Shown here piece by piece: positions 55,593 through 63,087 of a DNA stretch of 64,000 nt (position 1 is the first letter of the stretch; each line of letters opens with the position of its first letter). Below the pieces are notes generated by a model, which was not told where the DNA came from, did no database searches, and saw nothing but the letters and a program-made list of their open reading frames with translations. Position numbers and translations under genes: made by a program. Source of the stretch: a virus (lineage: Duplodnaviria; Heunggongvirae; Uroviricota; Caudoviricetes); IMG/VR virus record IMGVR_UViG_3300012286_000299, positions 109,277 through 173,276 of that record; one strand, given 5' to 3'.

Positions 55593-55615
55593 ATAAGTGT
55601 TTCATAACCACTTAT
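55593..55615 (+). terminator. hairpin after tRNA-like element 2
   Basis: ATAAGTG tttcataac CACTTAT followed by TATTTTT. Confidence 0.5.
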
Positions 55616-55637
55616 TATTTTTAATTATGCCCGTAAT

Positions 55638-55655
55638 TAGCCCCGAAAGGGGCTA
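55638..55655 (+). terminator. hairpin terminator
   Basis: TAGCCCC GAAA GGGGCTA followed by TTACTTTATTT. Confidence 0.65.
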
Positions 55656-55664
55656 TTACTTTAT

Positions 55665-55695
55665 TTGGAGGGTATAAATTAAATTCGTATATTTA
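55665..55695 (+). promoter_or_regulatory. cassette promoter (TTGGAGGGTATAAATTAAATTCGTATATTT)
   Basis: Extended right-arm consensus. Precedes ORF 55712. Confidence 0.6.
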
Positions 55696-55711
55696 TTACA
55701 AATAAAATAAA

Positions 55712-55849
55712 ATGAAAGTAGTACAATTCACATTACAGGAAAGATGGGCTGCATCAAAGCACATGGTTCAAAAGAACAAGAAAAAATACAATAGGGAAAA
55801 AGATAAAAGAGAAAATAGGGAGGCTGGTAAGTCTCCTTACTTCATTTAA
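55712..55849 (+). CDS. 45-aa basic peptide (below cutoff)
   Basis: Promoter-driven. MKVVQFTLQERWAASKHMVQKNKKKYNREKDKRENREAGKSPYFI. Confidence 0.45.
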   Translation: MKVVQFTLQERWAASKHMVQKNKKKYNREKDKRENREAGKSPYFI

Positions 55850-55878
55850 TATATTTATAAGGGTCCTTATTTAGTTTC

Positions 55879-55909
55879 TTTGAGTGTTTAAAACTAATTC
55901 GTATATTAA
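55879..55909 (+). promoter_or_regulatory. cassette promoter
   Basis: TTTGAGTG...AATTCGTATATTAAAGTATAATTAA. Precedes ORF 55933. Confidence 0.6.
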
Positions 55910-55932
55910 AGTATAATTAAAAAATAAAGGTT

Positions 55933-56202
55933 ATGAATAAAATTGAAATAGAAGGTAAAGTTTATGAGCAAATTGAACAAAAATCTTCTAATAATGGGGT
56001 AAGTAAAAAAATGCTAGGAATGTTAGCTATGGCACAAGCTATGTATAACTTATCTTTTGGTGGTTCCAATTATAGCCGACAAAGACCCTCTGTAAATATA
56101 GTTGAAGAGTTCCGACTAATACAACAAAAGAAAAGTAAATTAAATCGTTCTGATAGGGACTGGGTTATATATCAATTTAATAGAAATTTTAAAGAAGTAT
56201 AA
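55933..56202 (+). CDS. hypothetical protein
   Basis: ORF track; own promoter. Confidence 0.65.
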   Translation: MNKIEIEGKVYEQIEQKSSNNGVSKKMLGMLAMAQAMYNLSFGGSNYSRQRPSVNIVEEFRLIQQKKSKLNRSDRDWVIYQFNRNFKEV

Positions 56203-56206
56203 GGTT

Positions 56207-56524
56207 ATGAATTTAGATTTTGACTTAATTAGAAGTGAGGTATTAGTAGCACGTAAGGAAGATAGTCCTAACGATTGCCCTTCCACAAATGTTGAAGAAC
56301 TTTCTGAAAATATAAAATATTTACTTGAAGAGCTTCCTATAATGAATTTATCTAATATTGAAGACCTCGATGAGGATGAATTCAGTTTATTTGATGATTA
56401 CTTTGAGGATGAACAATTCTGGATATTGATTTGGAAAGGCAGAACATTCTTTGTAGATACTCAAGGGTATTCCTATGCAAGATATTGTGGTGAATTAATT
56501 AATTATAATGAAGTTGAGGGTTAA
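56207..56524 (+). CDS. hypothetical acidic protein
   Basis: ORF track. Confidence 0.6.
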   Translation: MNLDFDLIRSEVLVARKEDSPNDCPSTNVEELSENIKYLLEELPIMNLSNIEDLDEDEFSLFDDYFEDEQFWILIWKGRTFFVDTQGYSYARYCGELINYNEVEG

Positions 56525-56543
56525 AATTAACTTAGTATATTAA
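56513..56543 (+). promoter_or_regulatory. cassette promoter (TTAG variant)
   Basis: TTGAGGGTTAAAATTAACTTAGTATATTAAAGTATATTAA. Precedes ORF 56567. Confidence 0.6.
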
Positions 56544-56566
56544 AGTATATTAATAATTAAAAAGTT

Positions 56567-56761
56567 ATGGCAAGTAAGATATTAATGTATAATGATGTAA
56601 CCGGGGAAGTAGTAGCTACTACTGCTAGTCTTGAAGGGCATAAGTTTGCAAACTTCATTGAAAAAGGATTTAAACCTATTTGTATAGCTTACCCTGTAAG
56701 TTACTCAGTAGCTGTAGAATCCTATACTGAAGAAAAACATGTAAGGTTAACTAAAAAATAA
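56567..56761 (+). CDS. hypothetical protein
   Basis: ORF track; own promoter. Confidence 0.6.
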   Translation: MASKILMYNDVTGEVVATTASLEGHKFANFIEKGFKPICIAYPVSYSVAVESYTEEKHVRLTKK

Positions 56762-56765
56762 GATT

Positions 56766-56927
56766 ATGACACAATTTGAAAAAAATTCTTTATCAATAGC
56801 AAAAGAACTAATTGAATTAAAATTTAAGGTTCAAGTTATTGCAATAGATTTTGAAGATGGTTCGGGAAGAAATTTTATTGTAACTACAAAGGATAATCCT
56901 TTAAAGAAAAGATTTGTTAAATTTTAA
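56766..56927 (+). CDS. 53-aa protein (below cutoff)
   Basis: MTQFEKNSLSIAKELIELKF... Shares the MTQFE start with the next ORF. Confidence 0.45.
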   Translation: MTQFEKNSLSIAKELIELKFKVQVIAIDFEDGSGRNFIVTTKDNPLKKRFVKF

Positions 56928-56935
56928 ATAAGGTT

Positions 56936-57100
56936 ATGACACAGTTTGAAGAAAACAACCCTAAGGAATTAAAGAAATTTATTTCCGAGTTAGACAATCT
57001 TATAGATGAATTTCACCCTAACATATATCTAATTGATGATGTGTTTAAAGGGGTAGAAATTATAAGAAACGCTATTAAGGAAGTGATTGCTGAGAAATAA
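56936..57100 (+). CDS. 54-aa protein (below cutoff)
   Basis: MTQFEENNPKELKKFISELDNLIDEF... Confidence 0.45.
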   Translation: MTQFEENNPKELKKFISELDNLIDEFHPNIYLIDDVFKGVEIIRNAIKEVIAEK

Positions 57101-57113
57101 CTTCGTATATTTA
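57083..57113 (+). promoter_or_regulatory. cassette promoter
   Basis: AACTTCGTATATTTAAGCATAATTAA. Precedes ORF 57137. Confidence 0.6.
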
Positions 57114-57136
57114 AGCATAATTAAAATAATAAAGTT

Positions 57137-57382
57137 ATGGCAAGAGGAGAAGGAACAATTACCTATGATGGTGTAGAAATTGATATTGAATTCCAATATG
57201 AACCTTTAGTAAGAGGTAGAATGTGGATGGACAATGGTGACCCAGGTTACCCTGATGAAGGAGGTGAATTCTATATTGAAAAAGCATTCATTGGAGGGCA
57301 AGATGTAACTGATTTACTTGGTGAAGACAAGCTAGAATCAATAGCTGAAGCCTATCAAGAAAAACATGGTGGGGAATATTAA
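57137..57382 (+). CDS. hypothetical protein
   Basis: ORF track; own promoter. Confidence 0.65.
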   Translation: MARGEGTITYDGVEIDIEFQYEPLVRGRMWMDNGDPGYPDEGGEFYIEKAFIGGQDVTDLLGEDKLESIAEAYQEKHGGEY

Positions 57383-57391
57383 TTCCCTGTC

Positions 57392-57422
57392 GTGTTTATT
57401 ATAAATTTACCTCGTATATTAA
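57392..57422 (+). promoter_or_regulatory. cassette promoter (CTCG variant)
   Basis: TTACCTCGTATATTAAAGCATAATTAA. Precedes ORF 57447. Confidence 0.55.
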
Positions 57423-57446
57423 AGCATAATTAAAATAAGAAAAGTT

Positions 57447-57842
57447 ATGAGTGCTGAATCAATTAAAATTGCATTTATTAAATTAAATGCTGCTGATAAA
57501 ATTAAAGTAAGGGCTTATATAAAATCCCTTAGTGAATCTTATAAGAAACCACCCTTAAAAGTTAAGGAATATAAAGTTAATACTATAACGGGTGCACTCA
57601 AACATACCCTATCCTCAATGGGGTGTGATATTGAAAATAAATATACATTTTCAGATAATCGTACCATTGGAATCAGTGTTAAAATATGTAACTTAAAACT
57701 TACAAAATCCCAGGAACAAGAAGTGAAATCTAAAATGGAAAACTTGGGGTACACTTACCACAGTATAAAAAGACCTTCACATAATCATGGTTCACCATAT
57801 TATAGAGATACTTTTAAGGGTACAAGATTTCATTTTTCTTAA
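57447..57842 (+). CDS. hypothetical protein
   Basis: ORF track; own promoter. Confidence 0.65.
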   Translation: MSAESIKIAFIKLNAADKIKVRAYIKSLSESYKKPPLKVKEYKVNTITGALKHTLSSMGCDIENKYTFSDNRTIGISVKICNLKLTKSQEQEVKSKMENLGYTYHSIKRPSHNHGSPYYRDTFKGTRFHFS

Positions 57843-57855
57843 AATAGTTAAGGTA

Positions 57856-57886
57856 TAGTGAGGTATAAATTAACTTCGTATATTAA
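57856..57886 (+). promoter_or_regulatory. cassette promoter
   Basis: GTGAGGTATAAATTAACTTCGTATATTAAGGCATAATTAA. Precedes ORF 57914. Confidence 0.65.
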
Positions 57887-57913
57887 GGCATAATTAATTA
57901 AAACATTAATATA

Positions 57914-58222
57914 ATGGATTACGGAAAAAAGTATTTCACTAACAACAATAAATTTGGTGTTGGTAGAGTTGAGACAATGAGGTTAGTTAATCAACCTGAA
58001 ATTTTGAATTTCATAACTCACAATCCTGGAAGAACAGAACTACAAATTATGGAGCAGTTGTATAATTACCCTAATTATGTAGGTATATTTCAGGAAAGTA
58101 ATAAAAAGTATGCTGACCGATTAAGAGCATTACTTCATAGTGGGAAAATATCCCGAGTTAAAGCTAGAACCATAGATGGGCCTCGTTTTATATATTTCTC
58201 AATATATGAGAAAAAGGCATAG
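57914..58222 (+). CDS. hypothetical protein
   Basis: ORF track; own promoter. Confidence 0.65.
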   Translation: MDYGKKYFTNNNKFGVGRVETMRLVNQPEILNFITHNPGRTELQIMEQLYNYPNYVGIFQESNKKYADRLRALLHSGKISRVKARTIDGPRFIYFSIYEKKA

Positions 58223-58250
58223 TAAGGTATAAATTAACTTCGTATATTAA
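58220..58250 (+). promoter_or_regulatory. cassette promoter
   Basis: GTAAGGTATAAATTAACTTCGTATATTAAGGCATAATTAA. Precedes ORF 58275. Confidence 0.65.
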
Positions 58251-58274
58251 GGCATAATTAAAATATTAAATGTT

Positions 58275-58571
58275 ATGAGTAAGTATGTAGAATTAATGAA
58301 TAACCCACCTAAATTAACTATTAAGGAGGGTGCTCGAGAAGTAGTGTTTAAAACCATAGCAAGTATGTGTGATAATGTTCACTACATTACATTCAAGAAA
58401 AATAATGAAGGTGACTTCAAAATGAGCGGTAATGGGTTTTCACTCTCAAACTGGGGAATGAAACATACACCTCAAGAGATTGAGTGGGAAGCAGATGAAA
58501 ACCTATGGGGAGGGGTTATTGCAATGGTTAATTCAGGTTATGAAGTTATTGAATCTGTAGTAAGTAGATAA
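58275..58571 (+). CDS. hypothetical protein
   Basis: ORF track; own promoter. Confidence 0.65.
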   Translation: MSKYVELMNNPPKLTIKEGAREVVFKTIASMCDNVHYITFKKNNEGDFKMSGNGFSLSNWGMKHTPQEIEWEADENLWGGVIAMVNSGYEVIESVVSR

Positions 58572-58578
58572 TAAGGCA

Positions 58579-58609
58579 TTTTGAGGTATAAATTAACTTC
58601 GTATATTAA
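58579..58609 (+). promoter_or_regulatory. cassette promoter
   Basis: TTGAGGTATAAATTAACTTCGTATATTAAAGTATAATTAA. Precedes ORF 58638. Confidence 0.65.
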
Positions 58610-58637
58610 AGTATAATTAAAATAAATAATTAAGGTT

Positions 58638-58952
58638 ATGACAAAAACACAAACAGTAGACTTATTAAAAAGTCAATTGCCAGGATTTTATTCCGCAGAA
58701 CAAGTAATCAATCTAATTGAGAAGATGGAGGACACTCCAAAAATTACTCAGGAACACATTAAAGAAATTGCAAGAAGTATCATGAATGATATTGAAAGCG
58801 AGGCACAAAGAGGTCACATTGTCAGTAATGACGAGGTTGAATTTGACTTAAGACACAGAGAAATTGAAGTGACTGACGTTCCAATTAACTTTGATACCAT
58901 CAGAGAGTGTATTGAAGAAGGTCTATCAAATGCCTTTGAAGAAGAAGAATAA
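58638..58952 (+). CDS. hypothetical acidic protein
   Basis: ORF track; own promoter. Confidence 0.65.
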   Translation: MTKTQTVDLLKSQLPGFYSAEQVINLIEKMEDTPKITQEHIKEIARSIMNDIESEAQRGHIVSNDEVEFDLRHREIEVTDVPINFDTIRECIEEGLSNAFEEEE

Positions 58953-58961
58953 ATCAAGGTA

Positions 58962-58992
58962 GTTGAGGGACAAAAATAAATTCGTATATTTA
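58962..58992 (+). promoter_or_regulatory. cassette promoter
   Basis: TTGAGGGACAAAAATAAATTCGTATATTTAAAACATATTAA. Precedes ORF 59038. Confidence 0.6.
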
Positions 58993-59037
58993 AAACATAT
59001 TAATAATAAAAAAGTTTAATTTTAAAATTTAAAGGTT

Positions 59038-59499
59038 ATGAACAGAATTGAAATCATTGCAGAAGTAAAAAAATTAGGTTTAACAACAGAAAAACCTGCG
59101 CACCAATGTAAAACTGATTACTTACAACAAGTATTAGATGCACACTATGCAACTAGTGTTGAAGTAAAACAGAAAGGTAGACCTGTGAATGAAAACAGTG
59201 AACGCCAAAAACGACTTGCTGAATTAGAAGCAAAACGTGAAGCAGGTGAACTACGTAAAGGTAGACCAGTAGTGGAAGGTAGTGCTCGTCAAGTGAGATT
59301 ATCACTTAAAGGTACATTGCCATTAGGTAGAAAACCAAATCCTGAAAGCGCTGCTTACAAACGTAAAATGGAATTGGAAGCAAAACGTGCTGCGGGTGAA
59401 CTAAAAAGAGGTAGACCAGCACAAGTAAAAGAAGCAGCTGAACCAGTAGCAGCTCAAGTAGAAGCGCCTGCAGCAGCAGAGCCACAAACTGAAGTATAA
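59038..59499 (+). CDS. AT-hook-type DNA-binding protein with a HeH/SAP-like N-terminus and an internal repeat
   Basis: GRP cores x4 (KGRPVNE, KGRPVVE, LGRKPNP, KRGRPAQ). Repeated ELEAKR(E/A)AGEL(R/K)(K/R)GRP. Ala/Pro-rich tail. Visibly GC-richer. Confidence 0.7.
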   Translation: MNRIEIIAEVKKLGLTTEKPAHQCKTDYLQQVLDAHYATSVEVKQKGRPVNENSERQKRLAELEAKREAGELRKGRPVVEGSARQVRLSLKGTLPLGRKPNPESAAYKRKMELEAKRAAGELKRGRPAQVKEAAEPVAAQVEAPAAAEPQTEV

Positions 59500-59516
59500 G
59501 AATTAATTACAGAAAA

Positions 59517-59541
59517 GGGACATGACGATTAGTTATGTCCC
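59517..59541 (+). terminator. hairpin after ORF 59038
   Basis: GGGACAT gacgattagtt ATGTCCC followed by TTACTTT. Confidence 0.55.
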
Positions 59542-59568
59542 TTACTTTAACCCTTAATCAGTATATAT

Positions 59569-59805
59569 TTGAAAAGACATACAGTAATTAGCAAAAAATA
59601 TGTTGAAACCTACAAAAATTACCCTAAAGCAAAACCCAAACCACAATATATAATTGGGTGTGTTTATTATGGAAGAAACCGCTCAAATCATTTAAAATTA
59701 GGCATACTAACCTTATTTGGTGATAGGGTATCAACTTTAAAAACTAAAGATGGTAAATTGGTTAAAGTTAAAAATAACACTCTAAAAAGCGCTCAAACAG
59801 GGTAG
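59569..59805 (+). CDS. hypothetical basic protein (start codon doubtful)
   Basis: The ORF track uses a TTG that is part of a perfect TATATTTG (-7-type) box at 59564-59571. There is no in-frame ATG. Confidence 0.35.
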   Translation: MKRHTVISKKYVETYKNYPKAKPKPQYIIGCVYYGRNRSNHLKLGILTLFGDRVSTLKTKDGKLVKVKNNTLKSAQTG

Positions 59806-59835
59806 TTTGAGGTATAATTTAACTTCGTATATTAA
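59805..59835 (+). promoter_or_regulatory. cassette promoter
   Basis: TTGAGGTATAATTTAACTTCGTATATTAAAGTATAATTAA. Precedes ORF 59860. Confidence 0.65.
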
Positions 59836-59859
59836 AGTATAATTAATAAATACATTATT

Positions 59860-59982
59860 ATGGTAAAAGTAGTTAAATCAGGCATCACATATTATGAGGT
59901 AAATTTAGGTAGTATATCTCTAATTGCATTTGAACCACAGGAATTAGTTATTAGCAACAGAAAAACCTGCGCACCAATGTAA
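59860..59982 (+). CDS. 40-aa ORF whose 3' end is rewritten by the duplication junction
   Basis: MVKVVKSGITYYEVNLGSISLIAFEPQELVI then SNRKTCAPM-stop. The second copy at 60731 ends RMVNMNISLN-stop. Confidence 0.4.
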   Translation: MVKVVKSGITYYEVNLGSISLIAFEPQELVISNRKTCAPM

Positions 59983-60370
59983 AACTGATTACTTACAACA
60001 AGTATTAGATGCACACTATGCAACTAGTGTTGAAGTAAAACAGAAAGGTAGACCTGTGAATGAAAACAGTGAACGCCAAAAACGACTTGCTGAATTAGAA
60101 GCAAAACGTGAAGCAGGTGAACTACGTAAAGGTAGACCAGTAGTGGAAGGTAGTGCTCGTCAAGTGAGATTATCACTTAAAGGTACATTGCCATTAGGTA
60201 GAAAACCAAATCCTGAAAGCGCTGCTTACAAACGTAAAATGGAATTGGAAGCAAAACGTGCTGCGGGTGAACTAAAAAGAGGTAGACCAGCACAAGTAAA
60301 AGAAGCAGCTGAACCAGTAGCAGCTCAAGTAGAAGCGCCTGCAGCAGCAGAGCCACAAACTGAAGTATAA
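59948..60370 (+). pseudogene. 5'-truncated duplicate of the AT-hook gene (lacks the first 15 codons, promoter and ATG)
   Basis: The frame opens after a TAG at 59945-59947. The ORF track could only start it at a GTG (60056). Sequence is identical to 59077-59499. Confidence 0.6.
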
Positions 60371-60387
60371 GAATTAATTACAGAAAA

Positions 60388-60412
60388 GGGACATGACGAT
60401 TAGTTATGTCCC
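60388..60412 (+). terminator. hairpin (duplicate of 59517-59541)
   Basis: Identical sequence at +871. Confidence 0.55.
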
Positions 60413-60439
60413 TTACTTTAACCCTTAATCAGTATATAT

Positions 60440-60676
60440 TTGAAAAGACATACAGTAATTAGCAAAAAATATGTTGAAACCTACAAAAATTACCCTAAAG
60501 CAAAACCCAAACCACAATATATAATTGGGTGTGTTTATTATGGAAGAAACCGCTCAAATCATTTAAAATTAGGCATACTAACCTTATTTGGTGATAGGGT
60601 ATCAACTTTAAAAACTAAAGATGGTAAATTGGTTAAAGTTAAAAATAACACTCTAAAAAGCGCTCAAACAGGGTAG
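60440..60676 (+). CDS. duplicate of ORF 59569 (same start-codon doubt)
   Basis: Identical 78-aa translation. Confidence 0.35.
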   Translation: MKRHTVISKKYVETYKNYPKAKPKPQYIIGCVYYGRNRSNHLKLGILTLFGDRVSTLKTKDGKLVKVKNNTLKSAQTG

Positions 60677-60706
60677 TTTGAGGTATAATTTAACTTCGTA
60701 TATTAA
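60676..60706 (+). promoter_or_regulatory. cassette promoter (duplicate)
   Basis: Identical to 59805-59835. Precedes ORF 60731. Confidence 0.65.
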
Positions 60707-60730
60707 AGTATAATTAATAAATACATTATT

Positions 60731-60856
60731 ATGGTAAAAGTAGTTAAATCAGGCATCACATATTATGAGGTAAATTTAGGTAGTATATCTCTAATTGCAT
60801 TTGAACCACAGGAATTAGTTATTAGAATGGTAAACATGAATATATCACTAAACTAA
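60731..60856 (+). CDS. 41-aa ORF, presumably the ancestral version of ORF 59860
   Basis: Promoter-driven; below the ORF-track cutoff. Confidence 0.45.
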   Translation: MVKVVKSGITYYEVNLGSISLIAFEPQELVIRMVNMNISLN

Positions 60857-60864
60857 TAAAGGTT

Positions 60865-61128
60865 ATGACGGAAAAATCAACTCAACAAGCGGCAAACGTT
60901 GCCAAAATAGGATTAATTATTTTATGGGCGGCATTCATGTATTCCCTAACATCATGTGGTTCACAATGTTCAAGAACAAAACGTTATTGGAGAAACCATA
61001 GATGTGTCGAGGTGAAAACCCAAAAATCAATCAACAGGGCAAGAAGATCATTGGATAGAAGAATACAATCAGCACAACAACAGTATGCTATTGTCAACAA
61101 TGAAATCATAATGTTTGAAAATTATTAG
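60865..61128 (+). CDS. lipoprotein / membrane-anchored basic protein
   Basis: IGLIILWAAFMYSLTSCGS (signal peptide plus lipobox). Confidence 0.6.
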   Translation: MTEKSTQQAANVAKIGLIILWAAFMYSLTSCGSQCSRTKRYWRNHRCVEVKTQKSINRARRSLDRRIQSAQQQYAIVNNEIIMFENY

Positions 61129-61133
61129 TGGTC

Positions 61134-61164
61134 GTTTGAGGTATAAATTTACTTCGTATATTTA
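61134..61164 (+). promoter_or_regulatory. cassette promoter
   Basis: TTGAGGTATAAATTTACTTCGTATATTTAAGCATATTAA. Precedes ORF 61193. Confidence 0.65.
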
Positions 61165-61192
61165 AGCATATTAATAATTAAAATATAATGTT

Positions 61193-61375
61193 ATGAAATT
61201 TAATGGTTTTGAAAAGTACTTAATTATACAAGGGTTAAATATAGTTAAGGAACAAGCTAAAACTGAAATACGTGAAGCTATAGCCAAAGGTGAAATGCCT
61301 ATTATGACGGAAGATTTCATTGATATAACTGTGAAAGAAGCCCTAGACAAATTAAATAAATTAACTGTAGAATAA
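61193..61375 (+). CDS. hypothetical protein
   Basis: ORF track; own promoter. Confidence 0.6.
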   Translation: MKFNGFEKYLIIQGLNIVKEQAKTEIREAIAKGEMPIMTEDFIDITVKEALDKLNKLTVE

Positions 61376-61377
61376 TT

Positions 61378-61563
61378 ATGGTAGCTAAAGTAAGAGAATA
61401 CTTCAGACAAAACTATGGACACGTGTACTTTGATGACATTAGTGATTCATTTATTGAAGAATACATGTCACGTTCCTACGTAGTCTCATTATCATTTGAA
61501 ATGCAAATGGACTGTTTGTATGATGCAGTCATGTCACAATCAATGGTTGATTATGACGAATAA
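61378..61563 (+). CDS. hypothetical protein
   Basis: ORF track. Confidence 0.55.
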   Translation: MVAKVREYFRQNYGHVYFDDISDSFIEEYMSRSYVVSLSFEMQMDCLYDAVMSQSMVDYDE

Positions 61564-61579
61564 AAAATTAATTATGGTA

Positions 61580-61610
61580 TGTGAGGGTTAAATATAACCT
61601 CGTATATTTA
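61580..61610 (+). promoter_or_regulatory. cassette promoter (CTCG variant)
   Basis: GTGAGGGTTAAATATAACCTCGTATATTTAAGTATAATTAA. Precedes ORF 61635. Confidence 0.6.
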
Positions 61611-61634
61611 AGTATAATTAATAAATAAAACATC

Positions 61635-61901
61635 ATGACAAAAGAGGAATTTATAGCAGGAACACCGTTCTATGTAGGTAAAAAAAGATACAGAGGTGAA
61701 TCAACACACTATTATGACCCAAAAATAGGTTGTATTTGTAAACAAAATAGATCTTCGGCCGATGAAAGAATTGTACTTGAAGATTATGCTTGCAATATTA
61801 AAAAAGTAGGTAGATTAGGGTTCGAAGGGTTCACTCATGTAATGAATAAACAAGTGAATGTTAAATATAAATTTGAGCATTTGAGTGTATTTGAGGGTTA
61901 A
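61635..61901 (+). CDS. hypothetical protein
   Basis: ORF track; own promoter. Confidence 0.65.
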   Translation: MTKEEFIAGTPFYVGKKRYRGESTHYYDPKIGCICKQNRSSADERIVLEDYACNIKKVGRLGFEGFTHVMNKQVNVKYKFEHLSVFEG

Positions 61902-61920
61902 GATTAGCTTCGTATATTAA
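61890..61920 (+). promoter_or_regulatory. cassette promoter
   Basis: TTGAGGGTTAAGATTAGCTTCGTATATTAAGGTATAATTAA. Overlaps the 3' end of ORF 61635. Precedes ORF 61951. Confidence 0.65.
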
Positions 61921-61950
61921 GGTATAATTAATAATAAAAACATAAAGGTT

Positions 61951-62316
61951 ATGAAAAAAGTTGTAAAAAAAGCATCACAGGTTAAGGTATCTATTACCCA
62001 CAAAACATTAATGGTGAATTTCGAGTTCCCAATTGTAGTAGGACAAGTTAAGATAATTGCTATTGGTCTAGCTCATGTTTATAAGGGTGATGAATCAGGA
62101 CAAATTGAAGCAGATATCGATTTTATGGATTATGGGGAAACAACCTATATGGACATGCCTGTTGAGGGGTATGAGGGTGTGAAAAAGTTAAAGGAAATGC
62201 ACAAAGGATTTGGTATTGACTTAGGTACCCTAATTGATAATGAATTCAATAAGGTTGTAACAGAGGAATTCAAAACCGAATTCCTAAAACAATTCGACGT
62301 TAGAATGTTTGAATAA
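61951..62316 (+). CDS. hypothetical protein
   Basis: ORF track; own promoter. Confidence 0.65.
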   Translation: MKKVVKKASQVKVSITHKTLMVNFEFPIVVGQVKIIAIGLAHVYKGDESGQIEADIDFMDYGETTYMDMPVEGYEGVKKLKEMHKGFGIDLGTLIDNEFNKVVTEEFKTEFLKQFDVRMFE

Positions 62317-62323
62317 TAAAAAT

Positions 62324-62342
62324 AAGCCCCGGAATGGGGCTT
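62324..62342 (+). terminator. hairpin terminator
   Basis: AAGCCCC GGAAT GGGGCTT. Confidence 0.6.
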
Positions 62343-62365
62343 ATAAATTTTACTTCGTATATTTA
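62335..62365 (+). promoter_or_regulatory. cassette promoter
   Basis: TTTTACTTCGTATATTTAAGTATAATTAA. Precedes ORF 62388. Confidence 0.6.
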
Positions 62366-62387
62366 AGTATAATTAAAAATTAAGGTT

Positions 62388-62705
62388 ATGTTAAATACAA
62401 CTTATTTAGGAAGAGAAATCACTAGACGTGATAATGTTAAAGTAGAAGGTACATTCCAATCATTTTATGAGGCATCAAAACGTTTGATGGGGATGGGTTA
62501 TATAATGGGAAGCATGTGTGGAGATGAACCAATAGGGTTTGCCGATGCAGACAAATACGAGTATATTGCCAAATGGAGAAACATTGACCCGAGCGATAGA
62601 GTAAAAGTGGACGGGGTAATGATCAGTAGTGACTGGAGAGAGGGTAGTGTTGAAATAATATGGTTTAAAGAGCCATTAAATAAGGCAGTAGCGGGTATAA
62701 ATTAA
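62388..62705 (+). CDS. hypothetical protein
   Basis: ORF track; own promoter. Confidence 0.65.
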   Translation: MLNTTYLGREITRRDNVKVEGTFQSFYEASKRLMGMGYIMGSMCGDEPIGFADADKYEYIAKWRNIDPSDRVKVDGVMISSDWREGSVEIIWFKEPLNKAVAGIN

Positions 62706-62718
62706 CTTCGTATATTGA
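62688..62718 (+). promoter_or_regulatory. cassette promoter
   Basis: GCGGGTATAAATTAACTTCGTATATTGAGGTATAATTAA. Overlaps the 3' end of ORF 62388. Precedes ORF 62743. Confidence 0.6.
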
Positions 62719-62742
62719 GGTATAATTAAAAAAGTAAACGTT

Positions 62743-63087
62743 ATGGTAAAAGAAATTACTGCAATAGATAAACTGATTGCTATTGAGGAAATGCTTGTTA
62801 AAATGAGGTATGACACTACAGGAATGAGTGTGAGCCAAGCACTGGAAATAATGAAGGCAACGGTAAAGGCTATTGATAAAGCAAAATTACCCTCAAACAC
62901 GATTTACCCTATGACACGAGACGATTTATACAAAATAATGGATTCAGAAAACTATACGGTGGACGAGATCAAAGATTCAGTGTATATGGGGAACAGAATA
63001 ACCACTATATTGGAGAATGAGGACGTGGAGATAGATGACGAACAGGTAAAGGTGTTGGTGGTAGAGTACCAAAATGCTAGAGCATAG
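62743..63087 (+). CDS. hypothetical protein
   Basis: ORF track; own promoter. Confidence 0.65.
   Translation: MVKEITAIDKLIAIEEMLVKMRYDTTGMSVSQALEIMKATVKAIDKAKLPSNTIYPMTRDDLYKIMDSENYTVDEIKDSVYMGNRITTILENEDVEIDDEQVKVLVVEYQNARA

Larger units (their letters stand above)
59084..59954 (+). repeat. 871-bp tandem duplication, copy 1
   Basis: No difference from 59955-60825 found by eye across its length; encoded ORFs are identical at a constant +871 offset. Confidence 0.9.
59955..60825 (+). repeat. 871-bp tandem duplication, copy 2
   Basis: See copy 1. Junction is ...GTTATTAG|CAACAGAAAAACC. Confidence 0.9.

Noticed and set aside
9232-62900. All minus-strand ORFs of 60-106 aa in the six-frame track (for example 9232, 13113, 28187, 38359, 40551, 43709, 44137, 45530, 47439, 49050, 53276, 55364, 61171, 62676).
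   Set aside because: Each lies antisense inside, or across, longer + strand genes with recognisable products or promoters. Their translations are low-complexity (Ser/Leu/Ile/Phe-rich), as expected from the reverse complement of AT-rich coding DNA. None has a promoter motif.
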